Shown: one piece after another, positions 1 to 12,884 of the stretch | How the letters are laid out: every line of letters starts with the position of its first letter | How positions within the stretch are numbered: position 1 is the first letter of the stretch | Assembly: GCF_001194135.2 (NCBI RefSeq) | Contig: NC_068982.1 | Location: forward strand, 67,261,316-67,309,338 | From: Octopus bimaculoides | Taxonomy: Eukaryota | Length of the DNA: 48,023 nucleotides | Reading direction: 5' to 3' | Made by a program: the position numbers and the translations under genes | The notes under the pieces: model-generated | Databases searched by the model: none | What the model was told of the DNA's origin: nothing | The model's input: only the letters and a program-made list of their open reading frames with translations

Positions 1-599
1 ATATATATATATATATATATATAAATTAATATTCAGAGCAAGCGAGTAAGTACACTGGCTTTGCCACATGCTTTAAGAAGACGAATAGCATGTGGCAATG
101 CCAGTGTACTTACTTGCTTGCCCTGAATATTTATAAATTTATTACTTTTACCTTAACCAGTTTATTACATGCTAACTACCTGATAAAATCATATGTTGAT
201 TTTATCCTGACTTTTAAAATATATGTATGAATGTATGTATATGTATGTATTTATAGAAATTGATCAGATAAGTGAAGTGAAGAGAGAAAATGGATGTTTA
301 TTTCATTTGTTTATAGCTGTTTCATAACCATAGCTGTTAATCAACCCTTGGAAAAATCAGTTCCCCACAAAACACTGATATATGAATATCATAGGAGTAT
401 ATTTTGACTTTGGTTTGATTGAGCATTCCCTGTTTTGTGCTTTCTATAGAAGCCATGTCTGTGCCTGAGGCTAACCAACAGCCTGTACTGCAATCATTAT
501 GAATCTCACTACTTTATTATTATTATATGTATAAATTTAGCAGGAATTTGAATACAAAGGCAGGTGTCCAATTTATTATTGTGATAGTAACAGAACCAC

Positions 600-1010
600 A
601 GAAATGATGCAGGTTTACAAGCATAGTGATGGCTTTCATTATAATTGTTTTCAGTTTAAGAGCCATAATACATTTGATTAAACATTTCAGAAAAATATAA
701 AACAAACTGTGTTCACAAAAGCCATTCAGTATGATGACCATCGTTGGATGACAATAGAATTCCTGTCTTCAAAGAACTAATAGGAAGGCTACAAAAAAAA
801 TCTATTGGGACATATAAGAATATTATCAATCTCACTGGACTGAGAAATTCTTACAATAAACAATCTCTAAACATTTACATTAAGTTGTCGATGTAAAGAT
901 CACATACGCCAGAATATCAAAACAAATAATTGAAGAAGGGAATGAATTAATTGAAGGTGCAAATGAATTTATAAAGCCACAATGAATTTATAGTAAATTG
1001 TATAGAAGAA
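600..1010 (+). mobile_element. Old RTE-like LINE C-terminal remnant
   Basis: LDDNRIPVFKELIGR...KQSLN resembles the RTE C-terminus MDDxRIPKQLL..G....KQSLK. Heavily decayed. Confidence 0.45.
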
Positions 1011-1417
1011 GGCACCATGGAACACTTGCTTTCATCTCATGGAATATATTATTTATATATCTTTTATCTCCATCATCATTATTTTATTATCTGCTAGCAT
1101 GGGTTGGATAGGGTCGTAATGGACTGAGTAAATCCTTACTCGGAGTTACTACTCTTTTCCTAGGGAGGTTGGAGAATCACATCTCGAATGTTTCAATGTT
1201 GGCTTGATTTCTAAAGCTAGATGCATTTCTTGGTACCAATCCCTTTACAGAGTGCACTAGGGGTATTTTATTGTGACACTAGTTTTGTTGCAATAAAATG
1301 TTTACTGTATTATGATGCAGAAGTGATGAAGTAGAGAATATCATTCAACCTTATTTATACATATGAGTGTATGTATGTATGTATGTATGTATGTATGTAT
1401 ATACATACATACATATG

Positions 1418-1456
<39 letters not shown>

Positions 1457-1470
1457 TCACACACATTCAT

Positions 1471-1509
<39 letters not shown>

Positions 1510-1569
1510 TAGATGCACATATATTTATATATACATTTTATGCAGACATACACATACACACATTTATAT

Positions 1570-1870
1570 GAAGGCACATGGCTCAGTGGTTAGAACACCG
1601 GGATTACAATCATGAGGCTGTGAGTTTGATTCCTGGTCTGGGCTGTGTGTTATATTCTTGAGTAAGACACTTTATTTCACATTGCTCTAGTTTACTCAGC
1701 TGTAGAAATGAGTTGCCACATCACTGGTGCCAAGCTGTATCAGCCTTTGCCTTTCCCTTGGACAACATTGGTAGTGTGGGGAGAGGAGACTGGTATGCAT
1801 GGGCAACTGTTAGTCTTTTACAAACAATCTTGCTTGGACTTGTATCTGAGAGAGAGGAACTTTCTAGGAG
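1570..1870 (+). mobile_element. tRNA-derived SINE, family with TGGCTCAGTGGTT head and cttgagYaagacacttt core
   Basis: A box at 1579-1591 and B-box-like gagtttgattcc at 1622-1633. Related minus-strand copies at ~13940-14265, ~28190-28423 and ~40045-40245. Confidence 0.75.
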
Positions 1871-1944
1871 CAATCCCATTGTAATTTCTGATCGAAGGGT
1901 GCCTTTACCCTTTATCCTTTATATATTTATATATATCCTCATCC

Positions 1945-3423
1945 TTTGATGTCTGTTTTCCATGCTGGCGTGGGTTGGACTGTTTGACCAGAACTGGCAA
2001 GCTGGGAAGCTGCACCAGGTTCCAGTCTGATTTGGCCTGTGGTTGGATGCCCTTCCTATGCCAATCACTTTACAGTGTGTGTTGGGTGCTTGTAATATGC
2101 CACTGGCACAAGTGCTTTCATGTGGCACTGGCATTAGTGCTCATTATGTGGCACCATCACAAGAACTTTTTATGTGGCACTAGTACAGGAACTTGCAGGT
2201 CAATCCTCTTCTCCAGGGGATGCAGCCTTAACACTTTTGCTGAGGACAGGTCTTCTTGAGTACAGCAAGGCACCAGGTATCTCAATCTTTTGTTATCTTA
2301 TCTAAAAGGTTCAGAATTCTGAGATTGTCCTTCAGTAATATATCCCATGTCTTCCACAAGTTCCATCCACTTTGAGTGAATGACACTTCTTTATGAGCTG
2401 TCAGCATCCATCCATATTACATGACTAAACCAGCACAGTTTTCTCTCTTGCACACTGCAGCTAATTCCTCTTATGCCTAACTCCTCTCTCAATACACTAA
2501 CATTCCGTCACATGTCTACACTTACATTACACATACAGCAGAGCATACTAGTCCCATTCCTCTCTAACCTTTGCATGTCCTCTGTATTCAGGACCCACAT
2601 CTCACTACTATGTAGAATTTCTGTTCATATGCGTGCATCATACAGTCTTCCTTTCCCTTGGAGAGAGAAATTATTGGTTACCAACAGAGGTAAAAGCTCT
2701 CTGAATTTTCTCCGTCTTATTCTTATTCTAGTGATTAAACTTTCTCTACATCTTACCTCTCAGTTAATTAGGTTCCCTAGGTAGCAGAAATTATCCACTA
2801 CCTCTAAAGAGCCTCCAAGGCATTTGAGAAAATCGATTTCTCGAGTATCTGTAATTTTTATGACTTTTGTGCATCTTCCACATACGAACACTACTTTCTC
2901 TGATTACCTTCTTATTATTCCACTGCACTTCTTGTGTGTCCATAGCTTACACTGGGTACACCTTTTAGAATTCCTGCCCACACTTTTCCTACATAACATG
3001 TAGGGCTACTTACCTGAAGTGGGTAGGGTCCTGTCTGTTTTCTTGCTTACTAAAACCTTAATCTTTGTCAAGTTAACCTTAAAGCCCTTAGATTCCAAGT
3101 TTTGCTCCCACACCTGGAATTTCTTTTCTGAAATAGAATCTGCTATGAGGACAAGATTGTCAGCATAAGGTAGTTTCCAAGGGCTGCCAGTCTTGAATTC
3201 CTCTATTATGACCTGGAAGACAATGATGAGAAGTAGGGGACTGAGGACTGAGCCTTCATGAACACCTACCTGTGAACCAAATTCTTCGCTGTACTCATGG
3301 TTAACGCTCACCTTATTGACAGCACCCCTGTACATGGTCTGTACAGCTTTCATCAGCCACTCATCTATCCCTAGCCTTCTCAGAGTAGACAAGTGGCTTG
3401 TGAAAGCTGTACAGACCATGTAC
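1945..3423 (-). mobile_element. 5'-truncated, decayed RTE-clade LINE (RT domain, C-terminus and 3' UTR)
   Basis: Translates to GVHEGSVLSPLL...LPYADNLVLIA...KGFKVNLTK and further on KFRELLPLL...GRLYDA...EDMQRLERN...QERKLCWFSHV, with stops and frameshifts. The 3' end carries the aacccacgccagcatggaaaacagacatc tail shared by many elements here. Confidence 0.9.
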
Positions 3424-5228
3424 CTATATATACGTATCAACATCATTGCCGTCATCATTGTGTTAACATCCACTTTTCCATGCTTACATGAGCTGTATGG
3501 AATTTGTTGAAGTGGATTTCCTACAAATGGATAACCTGTCTGTTATCAACTCCTACCTCTTTTCAAGGAAGGTAAAATATTTCTCTATGATCAAACATGT
3601 TTTCACAGAAGATTAGAAAGGAAGAACACCACTTGCATGATGGTAACATTCATTTACAACTATTATGTGATGCCAAGCTAAAGAGAGAGTAACACACACT
3701 CACACATATACATTAAACAAATGTATATATATATATATATATATATNNNNNNNNNNNNNNNNNNNNNNNNNNNNNNNNNNNNNNNNNNNNNNNNNNNNNN
3801 NNNNNNNNNNNNNNNNNNNNNNNNNNNNNNNNNNNNNNNNNNNNNNNNNNNNNNNNNNNNNNNNNNNNNNNNNNNNNNNNNNNNNNNNNNNNNNNNNNNN
3901 NNNNNNNNNNNNNNNNNNNNNNNNNNNNNNNNNNNNNNNNNNNNNNNNNNNNNNNNNNNNNNNNNNNNNNNNNNNNNNNNNNNNNNNNNNNNNNNNNNNN
4001 NNNNNNNNNNNNNNNNNNNNNNNNNNNNNNNNNNNNNNNNNNNNNNNNNNNNNNNNNNNNNNNNNNNNNNNNNNNNNNNNNNNNNNNNNNNNNNNNNNNN
4101 NNNNNNNNNNNNNNNNNNNNNNNNNNNNNNNNNNNNNNNNNNNNNNNNNNNNNNNNNNNNNNNNNNNNNNNNNNNNNNNNNNNNNNNNNNNNNNNNNNNN
4201 NNNNNNNNNNNNNNNNNNNNNNNNNNNNNNNNNNNNNNNNNNNNNNNNNNNNNNNNNNNNNNNNNNNNNNNNNNNNNNNNNNNNNNATTTACACACATAC
4301 ACACAGACAAGCAAACATATATATAAATATGGAGAGAGAAAGAGAGACAGATTCTTGGTTTATTTTTGATTTTAATATCTACACTTCAATATAAACAATC
4401 AAGCAATTATTCAGTTTCATGATTAGTTCCAAGGATCACCTTAGTTATCTCTAAATAAAACCATTCTCCATATTTCTTTCCTTATTTTCATTTTTTTGTC
4501 ATTGTTTTCCATATTTTTTTTCAAGAGATCTTTCCTTCCCATTCGCTTTTAAAATATGTAACAAATTTTTATCCACATTTAATTGTATTTTCCATGGAAA
4601 CAACTGGTTTTACAGTGGATTGTTTAAATTTTTAAACATCTCAAATATTACAATGTGAATATGTAAGAAAGAAAATAAATGTCTACAAAGAAAGACTAAG
4701 CAATGCAAATTAATAAAGCTGGTAATAAAAGCCAAAACATATATAAACAAATAAAGAAAAGATGCTTAGATTATTAATAACCAATGGCTCAAAGATGTAA
4801 AAAGCCAATTATATGAACAGAATTAATATTATTTTCATGCAAATTGATACAAGTGATTTATTTAAAAATAATAGAAGTAGATTAAGTCATATATATATAT
4901 ATATATATAAGAAATTTAATAATAGTTTGACTCAGCTCCATGGGACTCAAAGTTCCATAGGCCCGTAAAATGAACCTGTCTTGCCTGCTATCTAGAGATA
5001 GTGTAAGAGGTTATGAGACAAATTCAAGAGGGCTTCTAGATGTTAGACCTCTATTAGTCAACTCAGATCATGTGATATTACTGGTCTGGAAAGGGACATC
5101 AATTTTCTTTGTTCTTAAACCCACATGAACAGATAGGATGTTGGTAGGAAGCTGTCACCACTATGTGTGGAAGCTGTTGTATTGGCTGAGTGTCACTTTC
5201 TTTGTTTGCCCACCTACTCCTGTGTATG

Positions 5229-5319
<91 letters not shown>

Positions 5320-7756
5320 GAGTAGGTGGGCATATGCCTGATTGCGTGTGTGTGAAAACATAACTGTGTATGTGTATATGTATGTGTGTTTCTGTGTCCA
5401 TGTCTATGTCTGTGTATGTATGTATGTATGTATGTATGTATATCCATGCATAAAAACTATATGCATATGTAGATGTATATCATTTGATAAAAATGGATTG
5501 TTTGTGTTTTCTAAGACATAAGAAGACAAATTAATGTTATCTCAAACAAAAATATTTAGGGGGTTAAAATATATTTTTAAAAACAAGAAATTTTTGTTTG
5601 AGGAGGGAAAGCCAGACAGACATCTTTTTTTGATAGTATGTCATGTGATAAGAAACTTCGATTTACCCTTGAGAGGATTATATAATATGTGCAAATGCTG
5701 ACGGTGATGATGACATCAATGCTTGTCACTATGACAACAGTAATGTTACTGAAGGTAAATAATATATTGCTTCTAACTCATATAATAGCCACAGATTACA
5801 GTGAAGCATGTGCTATTGCTGCCAGTGCATTTATAATGATGAAGATAGTGATGATGATAGCGATGGTGACAATGAAGCTGGTGATTACAACAATAATGAT
5901 AATTATCAAATTATTACTATAATTAACCAGCAAAGAGGTGAAATAAAAGTAAACATCAGGACTTCTATGTTGTTTCTATAATGATAATAATGATTTACCC
6001 TGGTATATAATACAAATATATATTCGCACATACATAAGTTCATATACACATTTATACACTTATACGCGTTGTATACATTCACACATATATTTAATCATTT
6101 ATACATATTCACACATAGACACATTCATACATGTATATATCCGTAGATACACTCATACATTTATACATTTATTTATACATACATTCACACAACCACATAT
6201 AGTGATGAATGCATTCATATGTAGATAAGCTCATACATACATTATATATATATATGCAAAAATACATTCATAAGATGTAACCATACAGGTATGTACTAAA
6301 AAGACATGTAACCCATTTTGTGAGTGCAAGTTTATCATCACAGACATCTAGATATATACACTCACTAATTCATTTACATATTCTCAAATTCTGTAACTGT
6401 CTTGGCTTTGCTAGAGACCAGTTTGAATTCTACATAGAACTTAAATAAGTCTCAAATAAAATATACATAGTCATACATACAGTTGTACATACATGCTGAC
6501 ATACATACATATATACATACATACATACAAACATCAGGAACTGTCTTAATCCAAAATGTCTTGTTACTTTGTTAGCAATCAGCTTGAACTCCATTAAGAA
6601 CTTACATAAATCTCAAAGGAGAACATCCATCCATCCATTCATCCATCCATCCATTCATCCATCCATCCATTCATCCATCCATCCATTCATCCATCCATCC
6701 ATTCATCCATCCATCCATCCATGCATGAATACATACATACATACATACATATATACATACATACAAATATAAAAAGCAGTCCAGAACCAAATATAAGGCA
6801 ATAATCAAATGAAAATAAAACCAGCATTAGCTTAAACGAAGTAAATTTGCAAAGCTTTAAATTTAATTATTAACTAAAAATGTAATTTTACTTAACACAA
6901 GAAATATTTTAATCAAATAAAAACCAAGATTTCAATTAAATCAAATCTATTGAATTGAACTATAATAGATTACAGCATTATGCTGTACCATTCTGAAATG
7001 TTTTTAGAAGACATAACATGCAAATTAACAAATTTCAGAAAAAACAGATAATATAATGAATAAAAGGAACCAAAGAGCATTTGCTATGGTAAAGCACCGT
7101 CATGCCAAATACATATAATTCAATTATTAGTTATTAAAAAAGTCCACATTTTTTTAAAAATAAAAGTTAGTATTTGTTAATTTCAACTCAGGTTACCAAT
7201 AATCAAAAAACATAGCAAAGGAAATATAAAAAGCTTGAGTGCTAAATAATAAATTTATAAAAATTAGTAATGACCCTAAAGATCTGCTATAGATGGAATC
7301 TTTAATACAAGCCATAATCTTAAATTCTAATAAATACATATTAGCATTAAGAAGGATGTATAACTGAATATCACCTGTTCCAATAATACATGCAAATGTC
7401 CAGATTTATAGAAACATGTCACCTATGCTTGTACAGAAACAGGAATGTAAATACATTTTGAAATAATCAGTAGCATCTAAAATAATTAAAATGATTCATT
7501 GAATGTGATGTAACAATTTTATTAAACTAAGGACAGAATTTCCAACACATTACCTTAATAAGCAAATAAATTCAATAAATATATTCAATCTCTAACTACT
7601 ATTTGGAATCCTTCGGATTCTATATGTCGCCAATGAAAACAAAACTGGCAGAAGCAAAAAATCATCATTTATGTCTAGTTCTGTATCCTCCAATAGAACA
7701 AAATCTACTCTAAAACAAATGAAGCTACAAAAGGGAAGAATGAGATTATGAAATAC

Positions 7757-8326
7757 CTTAAGATGTCTCGCTGTGATGTCCTTGCATAAAGAGATCTCTT
7801 TCTGGGACAAATCCACATTAGATAGTGGGTAAATAACTTCTCCAATAATTTCATCTCTTGAAAACTTGTCAAAGCTGAGAACCACAAAGTGAAGGATAAT
7901 ATCTTCAAGTTGGTTATAGTCAACTCCATAAAAGGTGAAAGTTTCATCGTAGACTGGGTTCAATGTCTTTCTGAGAATTCTGGTTTTACGCTTGTATTTC
8001 TTCTCAGGCAGAAGCTGGAGTTTGATGTAAGGGTCACACACAGCAATTCCTGGTACTGATGGATTGAGGTCTGATGCTTTTAAAATGGTGACATGAAGAG
8101 CATTTTTCTTTGAATCATGCTCAATCGAAAAGTCTATGTTTCCAAGGTAAGGAACTTTTGCAGCTGGTGAATTCTGAAATTTCTCAAAAGCCCCATCATA
8201 TTTCTCGTTTTCATATTCAAAGTCTTCTTTGCAACCAAAGGCCTCATAGAGATACTTGCTTTTCTCAGACATCCCTTCTAAGTCCTTGTCAGTTCGTCCC
8301 CAATAATCTCCACTTGATGGACTTAC
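7757..8326 (-). CDS. SYT4: Second, diverged Syt4/11-type C2A exon with short linker and no TM (copy B)
   Basis: 570 nt open frame (190 codons) from cctag|GTAAGT to CTTAAG|GTATTT at 7757/7756. C2A is 102/130 aa identical to copy A, with many third-position silent differences and no stops or frameshifts. In-frame stops at 8327-8329 and 8345-8347 bound it upstream. The 5' boundary is uncertain; a possible start codon is at 8272. Confidence 0.82.
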
Positions 8327-9921
8327 CTAGGTTTTAAAAGGACACTAGTGTGATCTCTGATGCTTAAAACAAATAACACAATACAATAAAACAAATATTT
8401 TAACCCTTAATCTATGTCTAAAGTTATTGCTTTAAGAATTTAGCTTTGTAGACATGAAAATACCACCAAAATTAACAATTAGTTTAAAGATATTAAAATA
8501 TAGGAGACAATTATATAATAGAATAGTGAACATTAAATATTCTGTGTAGATATATTTGTGATGGTGTGCTTTGTGTATGCTTGGTGAGTGTTTTTATTTG
8601 GCTTTTTCCATGTGAAAAGAAATACATGAGTAAATAAATATTCCCACGTTATCAAATTGGTGCTGTTATATAGTGCCAGAATATAGATCAATAGATGACC
8701 AGTTGTTGAGAACAGAAATAAGCAATGAGAAGTTTATTGGGCATTTCTAATTGAAGAGAAAATTGATAAAATGCAAGACTTCACATCCAAAGAGGAAGTA
8801 GCTGACCCTAATCTGTTATGTATGTATGTGTGTGTGCGTGCATGTGTATGTGTGTGTGTGTGTGTGTGCATGTAAATATATATATATGTGTAAAGGTAAG
8901 ATCAATCTTGGTGGTGCCACATAAAAAGCACTCAGTCCACTCTATGCGGTGCTTGGTGTTAGGAAGGACGTCCAGCCATAAAAACCATGCCAAAACAGAC
9001 ACAGTAGCCTGGTGTATCTTCTACCAGGCCAGCTCCTGTCAAACTGTCCAACCCATACCAGCATGGAAAACAGAAGTTAAATGATGGTGAAGATGATGAT
9101 GACGATGATGATGATTATATATATATAAATTTTAAGGTATGTATTTGTACCAGGTCAAAAAACAGCAGTTAACACATTCCTACATCACTCTATGATGAAA
9201 ATAATACATGCTGAAAAAATTTGTATTTTGTATTTTAGTATTTCCTGTATGTATAGTCAGATGTATGACTGCAACAGATAAATTCAGAGCTCCATGTCAT
9301 GTATCACCATCCAATCTACTCCCAGTTATGTGGCATGATTAACATAATGTAATAAAGTGTTCCCCTGAAGAATTGTTGTGGATCTGCATCCAAATGCATT
9401 ATGACCACCCACTACAGAGGATACAAATAACCACAATGACAAAACATATTTAGGGAACAAATGGTACATGCTGCATCTTCTATTCATCCCACTTTTTCCT
9501 ATATTATCTTTTATACAGACTATTCACAACAGGAGTGGCCAACTTTTAAATTAAAGATCAAGATGACATCATAACTTTAGCTATACCTGTAGTTATACAT
9601 AATAATAAAGTAAATTTAAGTAAACTCAGTTCAAGGAAGAGATTTCATTACTGATATTAGACTTTTGAGGTGTGAGGTTGCTCATGTGTTTAAATTCTGT
9701 TCTTCCATACTAGTGCAGCTTGGATGAGAATGTATTTGAGACAGGATTTCATGACCGGATGCTCTTCCTGTTGTGAACACTTGCCCACTTTTTTTAAGTT
9801 GGGGATTTTTCTGATCATCAAAAGTACAGACCAACTGGTCATAGAGCCAAGAAAAAAAATGTAAACATCATTCATGCACATTCATTTACATACACACACT
9901 CACATACAGATACATAGATAT

Positions 9922-9955
<34 letters not shown>

Positions 9956-9956
9956 G

Positions 9957-10010
<54 letters not shown>

Positions 10011-10640
10011 CATACTGGAACCCAAATTTTATCTCATTTTTTCAACGTCTTGGAGCTCTAACTTCCTTTATTTATAGCCAATTATTATTTTGTTTGTTAT
10101 CTTTTATACAAAAGGAAACATCACTTATGTTGATATTTAACAATACTTATATACTATATTGTATATTTTATGTTATTTATTATGCAATGGTCATCTTGTA
10201 TAATGATCATATTACAAAATGACAGTGTTATATAATTGGTACATTACACAATAGCCATATTACATAATGCTTATAAAGTTTTGTTTAAAATTTATATTAT
10301 TACATAATATTCATAAAGTTTTATTTCATAAAATGATGCTACAGGTAAGTCAAAGATTGCAGGTACCCCAGTATCATCTAGAATTTGAGCTTGCAGTGTT
10401 GAAAATTAAAACCCATAATGCTTTCTTCAGTGTGACTTTCTTGGTATATTTTGAGTTTCCTTTCCTGGCATAACACCACCTGCATCATCAACAACAGACA
10501 CAGCCCAGAATATACCATCGTGTAGGTGTGGTTGTATTTCAGGTTCAGTCCTACTGCATGGCACCTTCAGCAAATGTCTTCTCCTGTAGCTTTGGGTCAA
10601 TGAAAGCCTTGTGAATGGATTAGGTAAACTGAGAGTTCAT

Positions 10641-10675
<35 letters not shown>

Positions 10676-11619
10676 TTGTCTTTACATCACATAATTATTA
10701 CAAATGAATGTCATTCATTTCCAATGTTCTGCAAAAATATGTCTGACCATGGGGATATATTACCCTACTTGGAAACAGATGAGGGTAGGCAACAGGAAGG
10801 GCATCTGGCCAGAGAAAATCTACCTCAATAAATTCTGCCTGACCCATGCAAACATGAAAAAGTGAATATTAAAACGATGATGATGTATGCAGTCAAACTG
10901 CTAAAGTGTTCAACTACGTACAATTAAGTATTCAAGGTTGTTAAAATATTGATGTTGTGGAGCTGTAGTTGTGTAGCAAGTAACTTGATCTGAAATTGTG
11001 TATGAAACTGAAGAAACTACCTCATGGAAGAGCAACTTAATAACACACAAAGCTGTTAAATTCACTTTAAACTTAAATTTACTTCATGAGGTATCCAACT
11101 TTTCATCACACAGTTCAACTTCAGTAATCAAGTTGCAGGTGTGCAATGAATATCTTGACACCTCACAGAATATCTTTAACGTGAATTTTAACAGCTTTGT
11201 TGAAGTGGCTATTCAACAACGTGATGATTTTGCATCTGAGAGCAAAGGGAATTGAAAGAAACAAAATAACACAACACATTGAGAGTGAGAGAAACAGAGA
11301 CATAGTAATTAGTTTTCATCTCTTCCAATGTGATTAACCAAAATCCTGTTTGTATTGACCACTAGTTTATATCCCTCAGGTCAATAAAGCAAGGACATGT
11401 AATATAGTGAGTTGACTGAATCAAGCATCCCACTTCGCTGAGAAAAAAAATTAGGGTTACGTTCAGTAAAATTAAATCTATCACTTATAAGTATATGCAT
11501 GTTTCATCTGCTTTACTAATGTTTATTTTTCTTATAAACCATATTTATCCAAATTCCTTCGGTTGATAATGTGATGGAACATTTTGAATATTTATCTCAT
11601 TAACGATTTAGTTATCCTT

Positions 11620-11912
11620 CATCCATACATTCATTTCTCTGCCCTCTATTCCTGGGTCATTGGGGTAGAATCCTTAGCACCTCCTCCATAGGGTCCTATC
11701 TGAAGTTGTTATTACCCTTCCAGCTGGATGATTAAGTGCGATCAATTGAGATTATGGATGTTTTCCAACCATCTTATTCTTGGTCTACCTCTAGATCTCC
11801 TGCCACATGGCTCAGCTTCAAGAATTTGTCTTGCGATTCTTTCCTGCAACATTCTAATCACATGCCCATAATATTGAAGCGGTGGTCTCTCAAAGCAGAG
11901 ATGTAATGACTC
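11620..11912 (-). mobile_element. RTE-like LINE C-terminal fragment
   Basis: Minus-strand frame reads LQYYGHVIRMLQERIARQILEAEPCGRRSRGRPRIRWLENI, the typical RTE post-RT GHV..GRRxRGRP.RW motif. Confidence 0.75.
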
Positions 11913-11935
11913 AATCTATTTTTATTATTTGGCCA

Positions 11936-12105
11936 AAGGCGGCAAGTTGGCAAAATCATTAGCATACCAAGTAAAATACTTAGCAGCATTTTATCCATTC
12001 TGAGTTCAAATTCTGCTGAGGCTGACTTTGCCTTTCATCTATTCGGGGTCGATAAATTAAGTAATCAATCAAGTACTGGGGTTGATATGATCGACTTTCC
12101 CCCGG
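11936..12105 (+). mobile_element. SINE, family with ggcgagctggcagaatcattagc head and ctttcatcctttcggggtcgataaa core
   Basis: Recurs at ~14605-15145 (-, interrupted), 18635-18830 (+), 19812-20005 (-), 20292-20502 (-), 22853-23075 (+), 38158-38352 (-), 46195-46408 (+) and 46423-46637 (+). Confidence 0.8.
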
Positions 12106-12334
12106 ATTATTTGGCTAAATTCTTCTTAAATACTGGATCATAATTCTTGAATGAAACAATGGTTAAAAACATTTCCAACATTGTGTCATCACATAACATA
12201 ACAGCAATATGAGAACCAATATGAAAATGATTTTGAGCTATACTGCATAAGTTATCTCATTACTGAACCAATATTTACTGAGAAGGAAAAGCACAGAAAA
12301 AGAGAAAAATGAATGAATAATTAAGATTGAGACA

Positions 12335-12765
12335 AGGCTGTGTGGTCAAGAAGTCTTCTTCCCAACCATATGAATTTTGGTTGCAGTCCCACTATATGGC
12401 ACCATGGGTAAGTTTCTACTAGAGCCCTGGGCCATCCAAAGCCTTGGGTAGATTTGGTAGACAGAAACTGAAGGAAGCTCATCTTGTGTGTGTGTGTGTT
12501 TGTATGTATGTGTGCATGTATATAAATTGTCTGTGTGAGTGTGAATGTTTGTGGTTCTTTGCATGATGGGTGTAAATGAATGTACCTGTCATATATTTCC
12601 AATATTCAAAGAAATCATATTTGGTTATGGGGAAATATTATTTTGTTTTGGAAGACGTGAGGGTTGGTGATGAGAAAGGCATCTGGCAGTAAAAATCTGG
12701 CTCAACAAATTCTGTCCAACCCATGCAAGTATGGAAAAGTGGACATTAAAACAATGATGATGGTG
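12335..12765 (+). mobile_element. Composite SINE: gaaactgaaagaagc-type head, internal (TG)n, and RTE-type 3' tail ending (ATG)n
   Basis: Same layout at ~10520-10885 (+). The 3' module recurs at ~3440-3700, 24660-24830, 33520-33740 and 43290-43510 (all -). Confidence 0.7.
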
Positions 12766-12809
12766 ATAGAAAAAGAGGAGAGGAATAGGATAAAAGTATT
12801 GTGAGAGTG

Positions 12810-12884
<75 letters not shown>

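Noticed and set aside
3678-4326. Long ORFs spanning N runs (also ~23500-24313, 32032-32617, 34340-35200, 36167-36816, 37003-37647)
   Set aside because: They are open only because N codons are not stops. The flanks are microsatellite or SINE.
5689-5922. Hydrophobic Met/Thr/Ile-rich ORFs (also 24564-24803 and 33320-33568)
   Set aside because: Translations of degenerate (ATG/GAT)n repeats, not membrane proteins.
7488-7510. Minus-strand TFNESF resembling the C2B motif VFNESF
   Set aside because: Immediately followed by a stop, with no surrounding C2B residues.
7592-7756. C-terminal extension of the 226-aa ORF (VFHNLILPF...), and the similar tail of the 278-aa ORF at 42275-42316
   Set aside because: Read-through past the conserved AAG|GTATTT donor. 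Similarity between the copies stops at the donor.
10318-10350. Plus-strand ctacAG|GTAAGT junction
   Set aside because: On the strand opposite the Syt gene, with no convincing open exon or partner sites.
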